DNA of 35,218 bases from Octopus bimaculoides (lineage: Eukaryota): assembly GCF_001194135.2 (NCBI RefSeq), contig NC_068986.1, positions 63,380,948-63,416,165 of the forward strand. Direction: 5' to 3'. The translations under genes were made by a program, and so were the position numbers. The stretch's first letter is position 1, and each line of letters opens with the position of its first letter. The notes below the pieces were generated by a model that saw nothing but the letters and a program-made list of their open reading frames with translations, was not told the origin of the DNA and did no database searches. Below, in pieces: positions 9,791 to 21,615 of the stretch.

Positions 9791-10530
9791 AGACTTAGAA
9801 AATTAATGGAATTGTTAGAAACATATATTGTTAGATGATAATTTCAACCATTCTAACACTGGCATAAGTGCTGGACTGTCACAGTTACTATACATAAGTA
9901 TCATGAGAAGGTGAATGCAGCTTAGTGCGATAGAATCACTTTATAATTAACAAATGATTTGTTTGTAATTCTGAGTTGGAAGAGGCTTCCCACAGGCCTG
10001 GAGTCTGCAACAAGAAACTATTCCAAATGTTTCTGACAAGATTTTGACACTAGCAGGAATCACCAGGGATTCCCTCTTACATGCTACAAAACAGTTAAAA
10101 AGAAAGAAGCTGAGTTTTTACAGTAGCTGTTAATGTCTTCACACATGTTCTTAACACTGTTTTAGATTGGAAAAATTATAAGAGCATATTAGTCCTATAA
10201 TTAGGTAATCTAGTAGACTACCAAATCATAAGTTTTGATTTCCACTGGTCTTACCGTCCAACCCATGCCAGCATGGAAAAAGGGCATTAAATGGCGGTGT
10301 TGTTGTTGTTAATTTCATAAAATCAAGACTAAAAAGCAACCCTTGAAAATTCTCAAGACTGAGAAAATATTAACATTTTTATACATTACTGAATCTGTAC
10401 ACACAATTCCCAGCTAATATTGCTAAAGACATCTATTTCTCTAGCTTACTAAAATCTTATGTCCATTTTCCTTTCTTTTGATCACCTAATTACATTAATC
10501 ATATTGTTGTTTATTAACTCTGATTTTCAG

Positions 10531-10680
10531 TATGAGGATAATCCACAGATTAAGGAATATTTTGAACAGCGGTTACAATGTATGCGTCAGCTAACTAATG
10601 TCTTCGACCTTGGTTCAATCCTTATAAAACCCATTCAGAGAATTCTCAAATACCCACTTCTGCTCAGTGAACTGCTTAAG
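10531..10680 (+). CDS. DNMBP: DNMBP exon, DH domain CR3
   Basis: tttcag / gtatgt; YEDNPQIKEYFEQRLQCMRQLTNVFDLGSILIKPIQRILKYPLLLSELLK (DH motif LIKPxQRxxKYPLLL). Confidence 0.95.
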
Positions 10681-11239
10681 GTATGTATGTAATATACATT
10701 ACTTAATGTTCCATCTATTTATAAACCATTTTGACATTTCCCTTCTTTCTTTCTTTTTCCCCCTCTCTCAATCACATTACAAGAGATTTTAAATATTAAA
10801 AGAAAGTAAAGCCATATTCAAATTTTCAACAGAAAAGGGACCTACATTTAAAAAAAAAAAAAGACAGAACAGAATATAACTTTAAAACTGCAAAAATAAA
10901 TAGATTAGAGAAACACAATTCCAAAAGTAATTCCATCAAAATTAAGAAAATATTGAAAACAAATACATAGCAACATAGTTATAATTGTTACAGCTGGAAT
11001 TTATAATAATGTTGCATGTGAATGTCAGTGATTTTAAATATTTTAATGGTTTGTCATTGTGCTGCAGCTATTCTGGGTTACTTTCTTCAAGGGTTTTGTA
11101 AATAATATTTGCCCCTGTTAATTTGCCTACCATTAGAAGGTGGAAACACAAAGTAGATCTAAGCTAGATTTGAACATATGTTACTAAATACCATAAGGTA
11201 TTTTATCGATGTTTCACTAATTTTACAATTCACCCAACT

Positions 11240-11405
11240 ATATGGTTGTGCAGTTAAGAGGTTCACATCACAACCACATGGTTTCAGGGTCAATCCCATT
11301 GTTATACTTTGGGCAAACGTCTTCTACTATAGCTCCAGGTTGAATAATGACTTGTGAATGAAGGTTGCTAGGCACAAATTGCTGGAAACATGCTGTGTGT
11401 GTATG
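11240..11405 (+). mobile_element. SINE family A 5' fragment
   Basis: GTTAAGAGGTTCACATCACAACCACATGGTTTCAGGGTCAATCCC resembles the head of 9451. Confidence 0.55.
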
Positions 11406-11689
11406 CGCGTGTCTATGTGTCTTTGCATTGGCAACACATTTACATAAACAATGGTGAAATTATTTGTCCCATATTTTGTCGTTCAATATATGGAGTTAAA
11501 AAATGTAACTTGCATGAAAAACAAAAGTTAACATCAGGAAAGGCATCAAGCTATAGAATGCTGCCTATGGAAGTCTCTTCCAACCCACTCTGGCATAGAA
11601 TAAGTGAACACAAAAACAGTAATTTTTTTTATGTATAGATATTATTCTCCCTGGTGAAGCTCTGTATTTATATATTTGTGTGAACTCAT

Positions 11690-12020
11690 GCAAACAAGGA
11701 AGGCTTAAACTGAGGTACAAGGACATCCTGAAAAGCAATCTCAAATGGAGTGGCATTAGTCCACATGAACTTGAAGCCTCTGTCACAGCATGGAGGCCTC
11801 TCACCTCATGAGCAACTTCCAAGAGGACTGGCAATAGTGTCTCACTACTACAAGAGTCACGTCACAGGGCAGCATCTACCCCAATCCAGACTACAAACAA
11901 TGGTTGTGACACCTGTGGGCGCCTGTGTGCTTCCAGCTTTGGACTGCAGTGTCACATACACTCCCATCATTTGTGAAAACACAAATTTTATCAACATCGG
12001 ACACTGATAGACTACCAAGG
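11690..12020 (+). mobile_element. Second RTE-type LINE 3' end with C-terminal CCHH finger
   Basis: KQGRLKLRYKDILKSNLKWSGISPHELEAS...CDTCGRLCASSFGLQCHIHSH (frameshifted). Confidence 0.7.
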
Positions 12021-13809
12021 AAAAGGATACATATTATTATCCAGTAGGCTCTAGATATAGATGTGTGTGTGTGCATATATAGTTTTCAGGATGCAAATGG
12101 AGAGTATTATATTTTATATTCAAGATATATCACACTATGATTGTTTCTACTTCACAGGTGGAAAAACCTATGAGGCAGAAATGATCATTGTGTAACATCT
12201 TCAATGATTGTGTGTGTGTGTGTAATCAGCAGCGGCAACATCCATCTTTCATGATGACATGAATTGGACAGCCAGAGGAGTGCTTTGATCTCCAGTGTCT
12301 GTCTTAGCATGGTTTCTAAGGTTGCCCTTCCTAACACCAACTCTATAGAGTGTATTGGGCTCTTTTTTCATGACATACACACACACACACACACATATAC
12401 ATGCATGCATGCATCTGACAGGTTTCTGTCTACCAAATTTCATAAGACCTTTACCCAAGGTATTGTAATATGGGATAAAATCCAAAACAATGAAATTATG
12501 AAGCAAACATCTTAAACATGTGTGCCTTGCATATCTCTATTTATAATGAAATTGTTTTGATCTAAAATTGATTTTGTTTTCATAATGACTGAACTAATTA
12601 TTGAATACTTATTATGGGTTGTTAGTATGTTTTCTGAAATAGTGTTGTTGTATAAATAGACATGCAGTATTCATGAAAGTGGACTCATACATTTTCTTCA
12701 CTTTCAGATTCATACTTTAGAAGGGTTTTTCTTAAAGAATTGTAAACAGATACATATAAAATAATATATATCTAGTATTAAGATATATAAAATATAAGAA
12801 ATATAAACTAATATATTAAGATAGTTCCAGTAAAAAAAACATTCCTAATTCAAGGAAACGTCAAGGAAGGTCCCTATCCAAAAGGTCAGAATGCACTCTT
12901 TTTGCACAGTATATGAACTTATTTATTTTATTAAGTTATGCATACATACATAGAAGGAATTCAAAAATTCTTAACCAGTAAACGTGTTGAGTTTTGTACA
13001 TCAAGTACAAGAATACATAAACATGTTCACACTTATAAAAACATACATGAACTAAGAACAAAAGAAACACACACATACACATATGTACACACACATGCAC
13101 ACATACATGCACACACAATAATCTTTGAAAATTGTAGTTCTCATACACACAAATACCAATGCTTGTAAAACCATCTTCTGAAGTAGTTGTTCACAAACAC
13201 TTCTTACTTGCAACAAATTTGAGAGCATCTGAAAATTTTTGGTTCACATTTTGTACATAATTTAAAAAAGTAAATAAAGTAATAATAAAAAAAAACTCTT
13301 AGAAATTATATTTTATAGGATTTACAGTACAGAAAATTAATAAGTGCTTCCTCTTCTGTTTAACAAATGAAGGTTTAGTTACAAAGACTATATTTAGTAT
13401 TTCAGTTTGTATTTTTTCACATTTTGAAATATCATTTCATTATTTTCATGATATACTTGGCTGTCTCATAGCAGATAAGTGTGTTATTGTGCTCTTTTTC
13501 GTAACCATTGTTCTGGAGAGAATTGTAACATTTTATCATGAAATAGAAGCATGCACTTGCACACACTCACAAACTAACTACATCCTACTTGATAATGACA
13601 CACTAACACTAGATGTATCATAAATAAAATAACTATACATGAAGTAGCTTGCTTCTAATAAATATTTTTTTTTAAAGTTAAAACACATAAGTAAACTGAA
13701 AGCAATGTGTAACAATATAAAAATTATTTTTTTCTTTTTTAAATGTACACATTTATGCAAAAGGAACATCTCAAAGTCATGTGTTGAAAGGAAATATTGG
13801 AAATATGGG

Positions 13810-14085
13810 TGTTTCGTTCAACATCCATAAACAACCCTTATTCAGGGACCTTTTGAGTGGGATAGGCTACTCAACCTGAAGAAAATTTTAACTGGGCCTC
13901 ACCTGCAAGGTCCTGCGCTGGTCTATCTTGATATGAAATCACCATATTGTGCACATATGGTTGTGATGCATATGCCTGGTGTACCCTGTCAATCATGATG
14001 GGTATATTGGGCTTTGTATATTTGTACCCCAGTGTCACTTTGATGGCATGTGCTGCTGTCTTACTCAGCAATAATAATAATAATT
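13810..14085 (+). mobile_element. Unclassified retroposon 3' fragment with (AAT)n tail
   Basis: GC-richer block ending in AATAATAATAAT. Recognised only from memory as a dispersed repeat. Confidence 0.4.
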
Positions 14086-14097
14086 TTTTCTACTCTA

Positions 14098-14493
14098 GGC
14101 ACAAGGCCCGAAGTTTTTGGTGGGGGGGTGGCCAGTCGATTACATCAACCTCAGTACACAACTGGTACTTAATTTATTGACCTCGAAAGGATGAACGGCA
14201 AAGTCAACCTTGGCAGAATTTGAACTCAGAACATAAAGACAGACAAAATACTGCTAAGCATTTCACCCAGCTTGCTAAAATTTCTGCAATAGGCACAAGG
14301 CCTGAAATTTTGTGGGAGGGAATTAATCGATTACATTGTCTTCAGTATTTAATTGGTACTCATTTTATTGATCTTGAGATCTTGGAAAGCAAAGTCGACT
14401 TAGGCAGATTTTGAACTCTGAACATAAAGATAGATGAAATGCTACTAAACATTTATTCTGGAAAGCTAACAATTCTGTCAGCTTTCTGCCTTA
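14098..14493 (-). mobile_element. Two head-to-tail copies of SINE family B
   Basis: GGCACAAGGCC...GAACTCAGAACATAAAGA...GCTAA unit repeated at 14098 and 14291. Minus strand has A/B-box-like head and a central domain resembling Meta/Nin-type SINE cores (not verified). Confidence 0.7.
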
Positions 14494-14509
14494 ATAATAA
14501 TAATAATCA

Positions 14510-15850
14510 TCATCATCATCTTTTAACATCCGCTCTCCATGCTGGCATGGGTTGGATGGTTTGACTGAGGACTGGCAAGCCAGGAGGCTGCACCAGGTTC
14601 CAATCTGATTTGGCAAGGTTACTACTGCTCGATGTCCTTCCTAACGCCAACCACTCCGAGAGTGTAGTGGGTGCTTTTTACATGCCACCAGAATGGGAGC
14701 CAGTCAGGTGGCACTGGTATCGACCATGTTCAAATGGTGCTTTTAACATGCCACCAGCACAGGTACCAGTCAGGCAACACTGGCATCAGCCACAACTACG
14801 ATTTCACTGGACTCAAAAGATCTTCTCAAGCTCAGCATACTGCCCGATGATTGAAGAATACTTTTAAATGGACCAATTATGCAACGCTGGCATCAGCCAC
14901 GGCTACATTCTCACTTGGCTTGATAAGTCTTCTTAAGCACAGCATATCTCCAAAGGTCTCGGTCTCTTGTCATTGCCTCTGTGAGGCCCAACATTCGAAG
15001 GTCGTGCTTCACCACCTCATCCCATATCTCCCTGGGTCTACCTCTTCCACAGGTTCCTTCCACTGTTAGGGTATGACATTTCTTCACACAGCTGTCCTCA
15101 TCCATACACAACACACGACCATACCAGAGCAGTCATCTCTCTTGCACACCACATTTGATGCTTCTTATGTTCAACTTTTCTCTCAGGGCGCTTACACTCT
15201 GTTGTGTATGCACACTGACATTACACATCCAACAGAGCATACTAGCTTCGTTTCTTTCAAACCTACGCATGTCCTCAACAGTCACAGCCCATTTTCACTG
15301 CCATGTAGCATGGCTGTTCGCACACATGCATCATACAGTCTACCTTTCACTCTGAGTGAGAGGCCCTTTGTTACTAGCAGAAGTAGGAGTTCTCTGAACT
15401 TTGCCCATGCTCTTCTTATTCTAGCGGCTTCGCTCTCAGGGCATCCATCCCCACTACTGACTTGGTCAGCTAGGTAATGGAAGCTATCAACTGCTTCTAG
15501 TTTTTCTCCCTGGCATGTGATGGAATCTATTTTCTGTACATCTTCGGTGTTTTTGCTCCTGTGCATCTGCCACATGCAAAAACTATCTTCCCAGTTAACC
15601 TTCCTTTGATATTGCTGCACTCCTATGTGTCCATAGCTTACACTGGGTACATCTTATGGAGTTTCTACCTATGCCTTTTATACAGATCAAGCAGGGTCGT
15701 CTGAAGGGATTTTTGATTTGTCTGCCTTCCTACTTACTAAGGCTTTGATTTTTGCTAGATTGACTTTAAGGCCCTTCAATTCTAAACTTTGCTTCCACAC
15801 CTGAAACTTCTCTAGTTCTGGTAGTGATCAACATAGAGGAGGGCAGCTTG
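14510..15850 (-). mobile_element. RTE-clade LINE, 5'-truncated, pseudogenised RT C-terminus plus 3' UTR
   Basis: GEKLEAVDSFHYLADQVSSGDGCPESEAARIRRAWAKFRELL...LYDACVRTAMLHGSE and EGTCGRGRPREIWDEVVKHDL; (GAT)n tail at ~14510. Confidence 0.88.
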
Positions 15851-16190
15851 TTTTGAATTCCTCTGATGATGATGATGATGATGATGACGATATATTTACA
15901 TCTAAGTTTAGTAAATAAGTGATATTTTCATGCCACTCTTAAGTCTAAGAGCCAGATGTACTTTTCTACTGATTGTAGTTCTCGAATTTTCATTTCATAT
16001 AATATTTTAGTTATGAAATGATTACCAAAATTCTCTGCTACTCATATAAATGGAAAATCTATTAAATTTTTATGTAAGTGTAAGTATTAAATAACATGTG
16101 TTCAGGTTTCAAAATAGATATTTTAAAAATAAGAAAAAGAAGAATGATTTTAATGGATATATGAAATATAATTAAGGAACTGTAAAGGAC

Positions 16191-16201
16191 TTAATGAAAC
16201 A

Positions 16202-16235
<34 letters not shown>

Positions 16236-16264
16236 ATGCGTGCACACACACATTGTTTCATTAA
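16191..16264. repeat. Perfect 22-bp inverted repeat enclosing a (TG)n tract
   Basis: TTAATGAAACAATGTGTGTGTG ... CACACACACATTGTTTCATTAA. Confidence 0.85.
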
Positions 16265-16387
16265 CACACATACATTAACTATGAAAATTAGATAGATTTC
16301 AGAATTTCAGATACTTTTTTGATGTAAATGTATAGATACAGATATATGTAATATAAATTTGTACATGCATGCGTGTACACATACATG

Positions 16388-16540
16388 AATAGCTATCTGG
16401 TAAGAAGTTTGCTTCCCAATTACATTGTTTCAGGTTCAGTCCATTGCATGGCACCTTGAGCAAGAGTTTTCTACTACAGCCCCAGGCTGACCAAAACCTT
16501 GTTGGTGGTTTTGGTAGACAGAAACTGAAAAAGAACACAT
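16388..16540 (+). mobile_element. SINE family A 5' fragment
   Basis: GGTAAGAAGTTTGCTTCCC...GGTTCAGTCCATTGCATGGCACCTTGAGCAAG matches the head of 9451. Confidence 0.65.
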
Positions 16541-16864
16541 GCACATGTGTGTGTGTGGACTGTTATATTAATTAGGTGTAATGTAATGACATGGAGGTGC
16601 ATAAGACTAAATTGCATTAAGATTTACAGTTAAATTACAAGACAGTGGAAGTATCGGGAGTCACAGATATTGTATACGGAAACCAAAGGTAGAGTTTACA
16701 ATAAATAACAAAAGTGTTATGCACTTCTCACCACACAATAATTCATTTACACCAACACATGCCTAGTTTAGTGATTACAAGGGTTAGTCATTTAGAGTAT
16801 GTAATAAAGACTTATCATTTTAGTTCATCACATTGATTAATAATATTCAAATTACATCTAATTA

Positions 16865-18056
16865 TTGGGTCATCCCATAAATATTTTTATACTTCTTTTA
16901 TTTTTCAAAATTAAGATAAATAAAATTCTTTTTTAATCTAAAATATACTATCCTTCATTTTCTACAATGCTCTTCCATCGATCTGGTAGACTTGCAAGGC
17001 CCCTCTTCCAAAATTCACTTGCCCATAATGAAAAATACTTCTCCACTACTGTTCTGACCTCATCTACAGAACTTATATTTTTTCCATCCAAATGCTCCAG
17101 CCTTTAGAATGTCATCTTCACTATATGCGGCTGAGCACTATCCTGATGGAAGAACATCTTTCGTCTTGAAACCAAAGATGTTCATTTTCCTTCTAGTGAT
17201 GACTTAAGCCACTCAAGCTGCTCACAGTAGATCTCCTTTGTTATTGTTTGGTTTGGGTTTAAAAGTTCAAAGTGGACTAAACCTTTCATATCCCACCAAA
17301 CAGATAACAACACTTTACATGGGTGAAGACCTTTTTTAGTCTGGGGTGCCAGAGTTTCTCTTCTCCCTACTCACTGTCTTTGGCACTTGACATTTTTATA
17401 GAGAACCCATTTCTCATCACCAGCCACTATTCAGTCCAAAAACGGTTCATTCAAGAGATGTGACAGCAAAGAAGAGCACACATTCACTCTCTGCATGATT
17501 AGACTTGGAACATTTGTGAGGAATACATTGACCCAATTTGCTGACTTTTCTAATGGTATGCAGGTGTTGATGAATGGTTGAATGACCAAATCTAAGCTTC
17601 TCTGCTTGTTCCTCAACAGTTATGATGAGATTTTGTTCCACTAGGGTTTGCAGGACGTCCTCGTCGAGCTCTACAGATCTTCCAGGATGAGGCTCATCTT
17701 CTAGGTTGTATTTTCCTACTCAGAATTTCTGGAACCACCGTTGACACTGGCTTATACTTATTGTCCGATCCACATATACTGCATTAATATTCTTCCCACT
17801 TTCCATTGCATTGCTGCTTTTATTGAACTCATAAAGCAAAACATGTCGAATATGCTCCTTTGTCACATCAATTATAGCTTTGAAAAAATAACTGTTAAAA
17901 TCGAACTGCACTCTTCAAAAATTGCACTAAGAATAAGTACAAGGTAAAATTACTACCGACTTTTATAGTAACTTGATGCAGATAGTTTATCCCATCCCCC
18001 TCTGACTTTTAGTGCATGCAATTGAAAAAAAGCACATTATTTATGGGATGACCCAA
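16865..18056 (-). mobile_element. Second mariner transposon (different family), 1192 bp
   Basis: Perfect 19-bp terminal match TTGGGTCATCCCATAAATA. TA duplications at 16863-16864 and 18057-18058. Confidence 0.92.
16933..17872 (-). pseudogene. Mariner transposase pseudogene with stops and an internal deletion
   Basis: DVTKEHIRHVLLYEF...QCQRWFQKF, GDEKWVLY, HQDSAQPH, RWKSIVENEG*YILD*. The PPYSPD segment is absent. Confidence 0.88.
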
Positions 18057-19192
18057 TATTTCAAAAGCCTCTGATGTGCACAATTCATGTGAGCCTCCAC
18101 AATCCTTGTAAGACAGTACAGTAAGCACACACAACTGACCAGGCAGTTTTGTACTCTTTGTTTTTATCATTGAAGGGAACACATTTTTTGATATGCATTT
18201 AAGGTTGTTATTGTGATGTGAAAGCTATTTTCTTGTCTTGTGAGTTTAAAAGGGAAATCTGGTCTCAATACAGTTTCTTTAAATGTTTTTCATTTAAGAG
18301 TAAATTAGCTTAGAGCCAGTGTTTCTGTTAATGTGTCTTTTTCTCTCTCTCTTTCTTACATTAGCTTTTGTTTTCTTTCCTACTGCTATTCCTCTTGCTG
18401 CTCTTGACATTATCTTTATTGCAACATGCCTGCTTGGTACTGGAATTTGTTGATCTGTGACTTTCAGTGTTGTTGTAGATACTGTTCTGTTTGTTGTCAT
18501 AGGCAGATGTTCTCTGATGTCTATGTATTTTCCCACTTTCCTTAATGTGCACTATATTGCACACCTCTGCAAAGCATTGTACATAACCTCTAACACACAG
18601 CATCTTTCCAAACATTATCCATACACCAATGTATCATTTGAATTGTAGAATATTGTCTGTGAAACTGCACCTTTTTTTTTACTGTTACTTAAACATTTAC
18701 AAAAATAGCACAGAATGATAAGCACACCAAAATTAAGGGTATCAAATATGTGTAAAGAAGTTGTAGGCTTATAAGCAGTTTGATCATAAATCTTTTTGTT
18801 TTCACTAATTTTCGTATTTATTAAGATGAAGATCATGATATTGGATAAGATCATATGCCAATGGTAGAAGATAAATCTGATATTCCTGGACCAGTTCTTC
18901 ATCTTAGAGGAAAAAATATTTTCAACAAAAAGAAAAATTTCTCTCAAGGGAAGCATCAGTTCTGAATTGTGAAATTTCTCCTCACAGCAGCATACAAACT
19001 TAACCAAACTCTTAAATTTGATTTTATTATTGTTGATGCAGATCATACTACAATTTCTCCTGGATTCTGAGGTTTACATAATATTTATGAATGTCAGCCT
19101 GAATGGTTCCTCTTGTGTAGTGTAGGGTTGTGTGTGTGTGTGTGTGTGTAAAATTGATTGATCTTCCACCTTGACTTCTTCCTCTTTCTCAG

Positions 19193-19298
19193 ACTACTGA
19201 TGATGACCATCCTGACAAGAAAGAAATTCAAGTAGCTATTGATTCCATGACAGATGTTGCTAAATCGATCAATGAATATAAAAGAAGAAAAGATTTAG
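19193..19298 (+). CDS. DNMBP: DNMBP exon, end of DH domain
   Basis: ttctcag / gtaatg; TTDDDHPDKKEIQVAIDSMTDVAKSINEYKRRKDL(V). INEYKRRKDLV is the Tuba-family motif as I recall it. Confidence 0.95.
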
Positions 19299-19367
19299 GT
19301 AATGTATCTTCGAGCAATAATACACACACTCACATTCAAGCGCATACTACACATACACAGCAGCGAC

Positions 19368-19393
19368 TACTCTCTCTCTCTCTCTCTCTCACT

Positions 19394-19452
<59 letters not shown>
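19368..19452. repeat. Compound (CT)n(CA)n microsatellite
   Basis: Read directly. Confidence 0.95.
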
Positions 19453-19456
<4 letters not shown>

Positions 19457-19993
19457 GCACGGATGCCGACACAAGTCCGCATTTATCTCTTCTGTACTGT
19501 TCTGGGAGATAACTAGAATTTTTATCAATTAAATGTTGCCTCCCTTCGCTACGTTTTACTTTATTTATAAATGTCTTAAAGTTATAGTGTTACAAGGTCA
19601 TAATTTTTTCCTATTACCTCCCTTTATATGATGTTTTTTTTTAATTCATTTATTGTAATGGATTTCCAGCAATTCACTACAATTTTTTAGATTAATGTAT
19701 GCACAAGCGCATACATGTATACAATTACATCATGGAAAAATCGTGATACCACACAAATAAATTGTTACATTCACTTTTGTTTTATTTTTGATAATGTTTT
19801 ATACCTTAAAATATCAGAGATTTGTCTTACACCTATGATCTGAACTCTGACAATTTCCTTACATCACTACATCTCCAATGCTCTCGGATTGTTATCATTG
19901 ATTTGATCATAAATGAACAACAAAATATTGATATTTTATAGTGATGGTTATCAATCTGTTTTGTTTATGAACGCCTGTCTCTTTTGTTTCCAG

Positions 19994-20124
19994 TTTTTAA
20001 ATATAAAAAAGATAGCGATGAAACATTTAGTGAGAAAATTGCAAAACTCAGTCTACATTCTATAAAAAAGAAATCCACACGCATGAAAGGGCGACTATCA
20101 AGCAATCTTGGCATTAGTCTTCAA
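19994..20124 (+). CDS. DNMBP: DNMBP exon, DH-BAR linker
   Basis: ttccag / gtaagt; (V)FKYKKDSDETFSEKIAKLSLHSIKKKSTRMKGRLSSNLGISLQ. Confidence 0.93.
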
Positions 20125-20394
20125 GTAAGTCAGATTTATTATAACCTACTCTGTTAAAGATTTATTCTGTAAACAAGGATATTATTGCTATTGTTATGTA
20201 GGGTGGTAGATTGACCAAATTGATAGAACAGCAGAAAAAACACTCTGTGGTAATTAGTTATTTAAATACAATAGGTATTGACTTCATTCTACTGACCCCA
20301 GGTTGATGAAAGAAAGCTTTAATCAAATACTGAGATCAATATAATCAACTTTTGCTCTCACTGCAAAAAAAATGTTCAGGTTTATGTCCAAAAT

Positions 20395-20575
20395 TAGAAA
20401 TCATTTAGATTGGTAGAATTATTCATGTGGCAAACAAAACGCCTTGTTTTTAGTTACAGTTCTTCATATCTGACTTCAAATTCCATTGAATTCATCTTTG
20501 CTTTCATCCTTGAAGATTGATAAAATAAAACATCATTCAAGTTATGGCATCAATTTAATCAACCAAACCATCCCT
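20395..20575 (+). mobile_element. Degenerate SINE family B copy
   Basis: TGGTAGAAT...GACTTCAAATTCC...TTTGCTTTCATCCTTGAAGATTGATAAAATA. Confidence 0.5.
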
Positions 20576-21019
20576 CTAAATGAATGTCCTCATGTCTTTA
20601 TTAGAGATTATTATTGTTATAAAGGAAGTCGATCACAAAATCAGTAGAGCAACAGTTTAAATGACATGTAGTATTTTGTTTTATCTTTCAATATTCTATG
20701 TTCAAATTTTGTTGGTGCTTAATTTACTTTACACATTTCCAGGGTTAATTAAATATATACCAGTCAATTTAATTGACAATATCACTCTTCCAAAATGTGT
20801 GCCTTGTGCCAGTCTAAGAAATCCTATTACCATTGCCATCATCATCATCAGATTAAAAGTGTGAGTTAGCAGACACAGTATTTGAAATGCTTCCATAGCT
20901 TTCAGAGTCAAAACTTAGTACCAGTACTATAACTAGATCAATCAAGCTACCTATATTCCACCCCTCAGTGAAATTGACCTTTTAGCTGATAAAAAGGAAG
21001 AAATGGCTTTTCTTTTTTT

Positions 21020-21615
21020 GTGAGCCTACATGGTCACTTGATTTGCTTGAAATACCAGCCAAATACTCCTCAAATCACATCTTACCATTTTGAGGAAAAC
21101 AGGCACATGGATAATGTCACAATAAATGCTCTGTAGGAAAAGGCATGGTCATGGCTGGAATAAATTTGATCATATTTTTATTGTATCACAGTTAAACAAT
21201 GTTTTTGTGTAAGGGAATGAATTATTGGGTGCAGCAATTTAAGGGAGCAAAGATTTGCCAAGTGTTTAGAGGAGTGAGACAAAGTATGAATAAAATGAGA
21301 CAAATATTCCAGGTCAACTTGGATGGAGATAATGTGGAGCTTGCAGAAATTGTAATATCTGTAGAAGAGGCAGTGGGAAGAATCATGAGGTATGGTACTA
21401 GTGGTGGTGGTTGTTTAGCTCATGACCATCCCTTTTGAAGCAGATATATAATCAAAGCATTCCAGCTATACCCATTCCATCTTTCTCTTATGTGCAGGTA
21501 ACTGAGGACTATATCTAACATGTCCCTATCCCATCCCAGATAGTTGGGTGTGATTTGGGAGAAACTTGGCTGCTTTTTCTAGTAGATCAAATGACCATGT
21601 AGAGACTCACTTGTT
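21020..21615. repeat. Two oppositely oriented diverged copies of an unclassified interspersed repeat (also at ~3450-3660 and ~6075-6200)
   Basis: Shared AAAGCATTCCAGC...GGGAGA(T/A)(T/C)TGGCTGCT...GACCA(C/T)GTAG motif; minus at 21020-21175, plus at 21425-21615. Confidence 0.5.

Noticed and set aside
12249-13168. ORFs rich in HT/CV repeats (also 19247-19532, 24551-24923, 33034-33513)
   Set aside because: Translations of (CA)n/(TG)n microsatellites. Only the first part of 19247-19516 overlaps a real exon.
15073-15477. 134-aa plus ORF, and the 90-aa minus ORF at 34898-35170
   Set aside because: Antisense shadows of RTE coding sequence.
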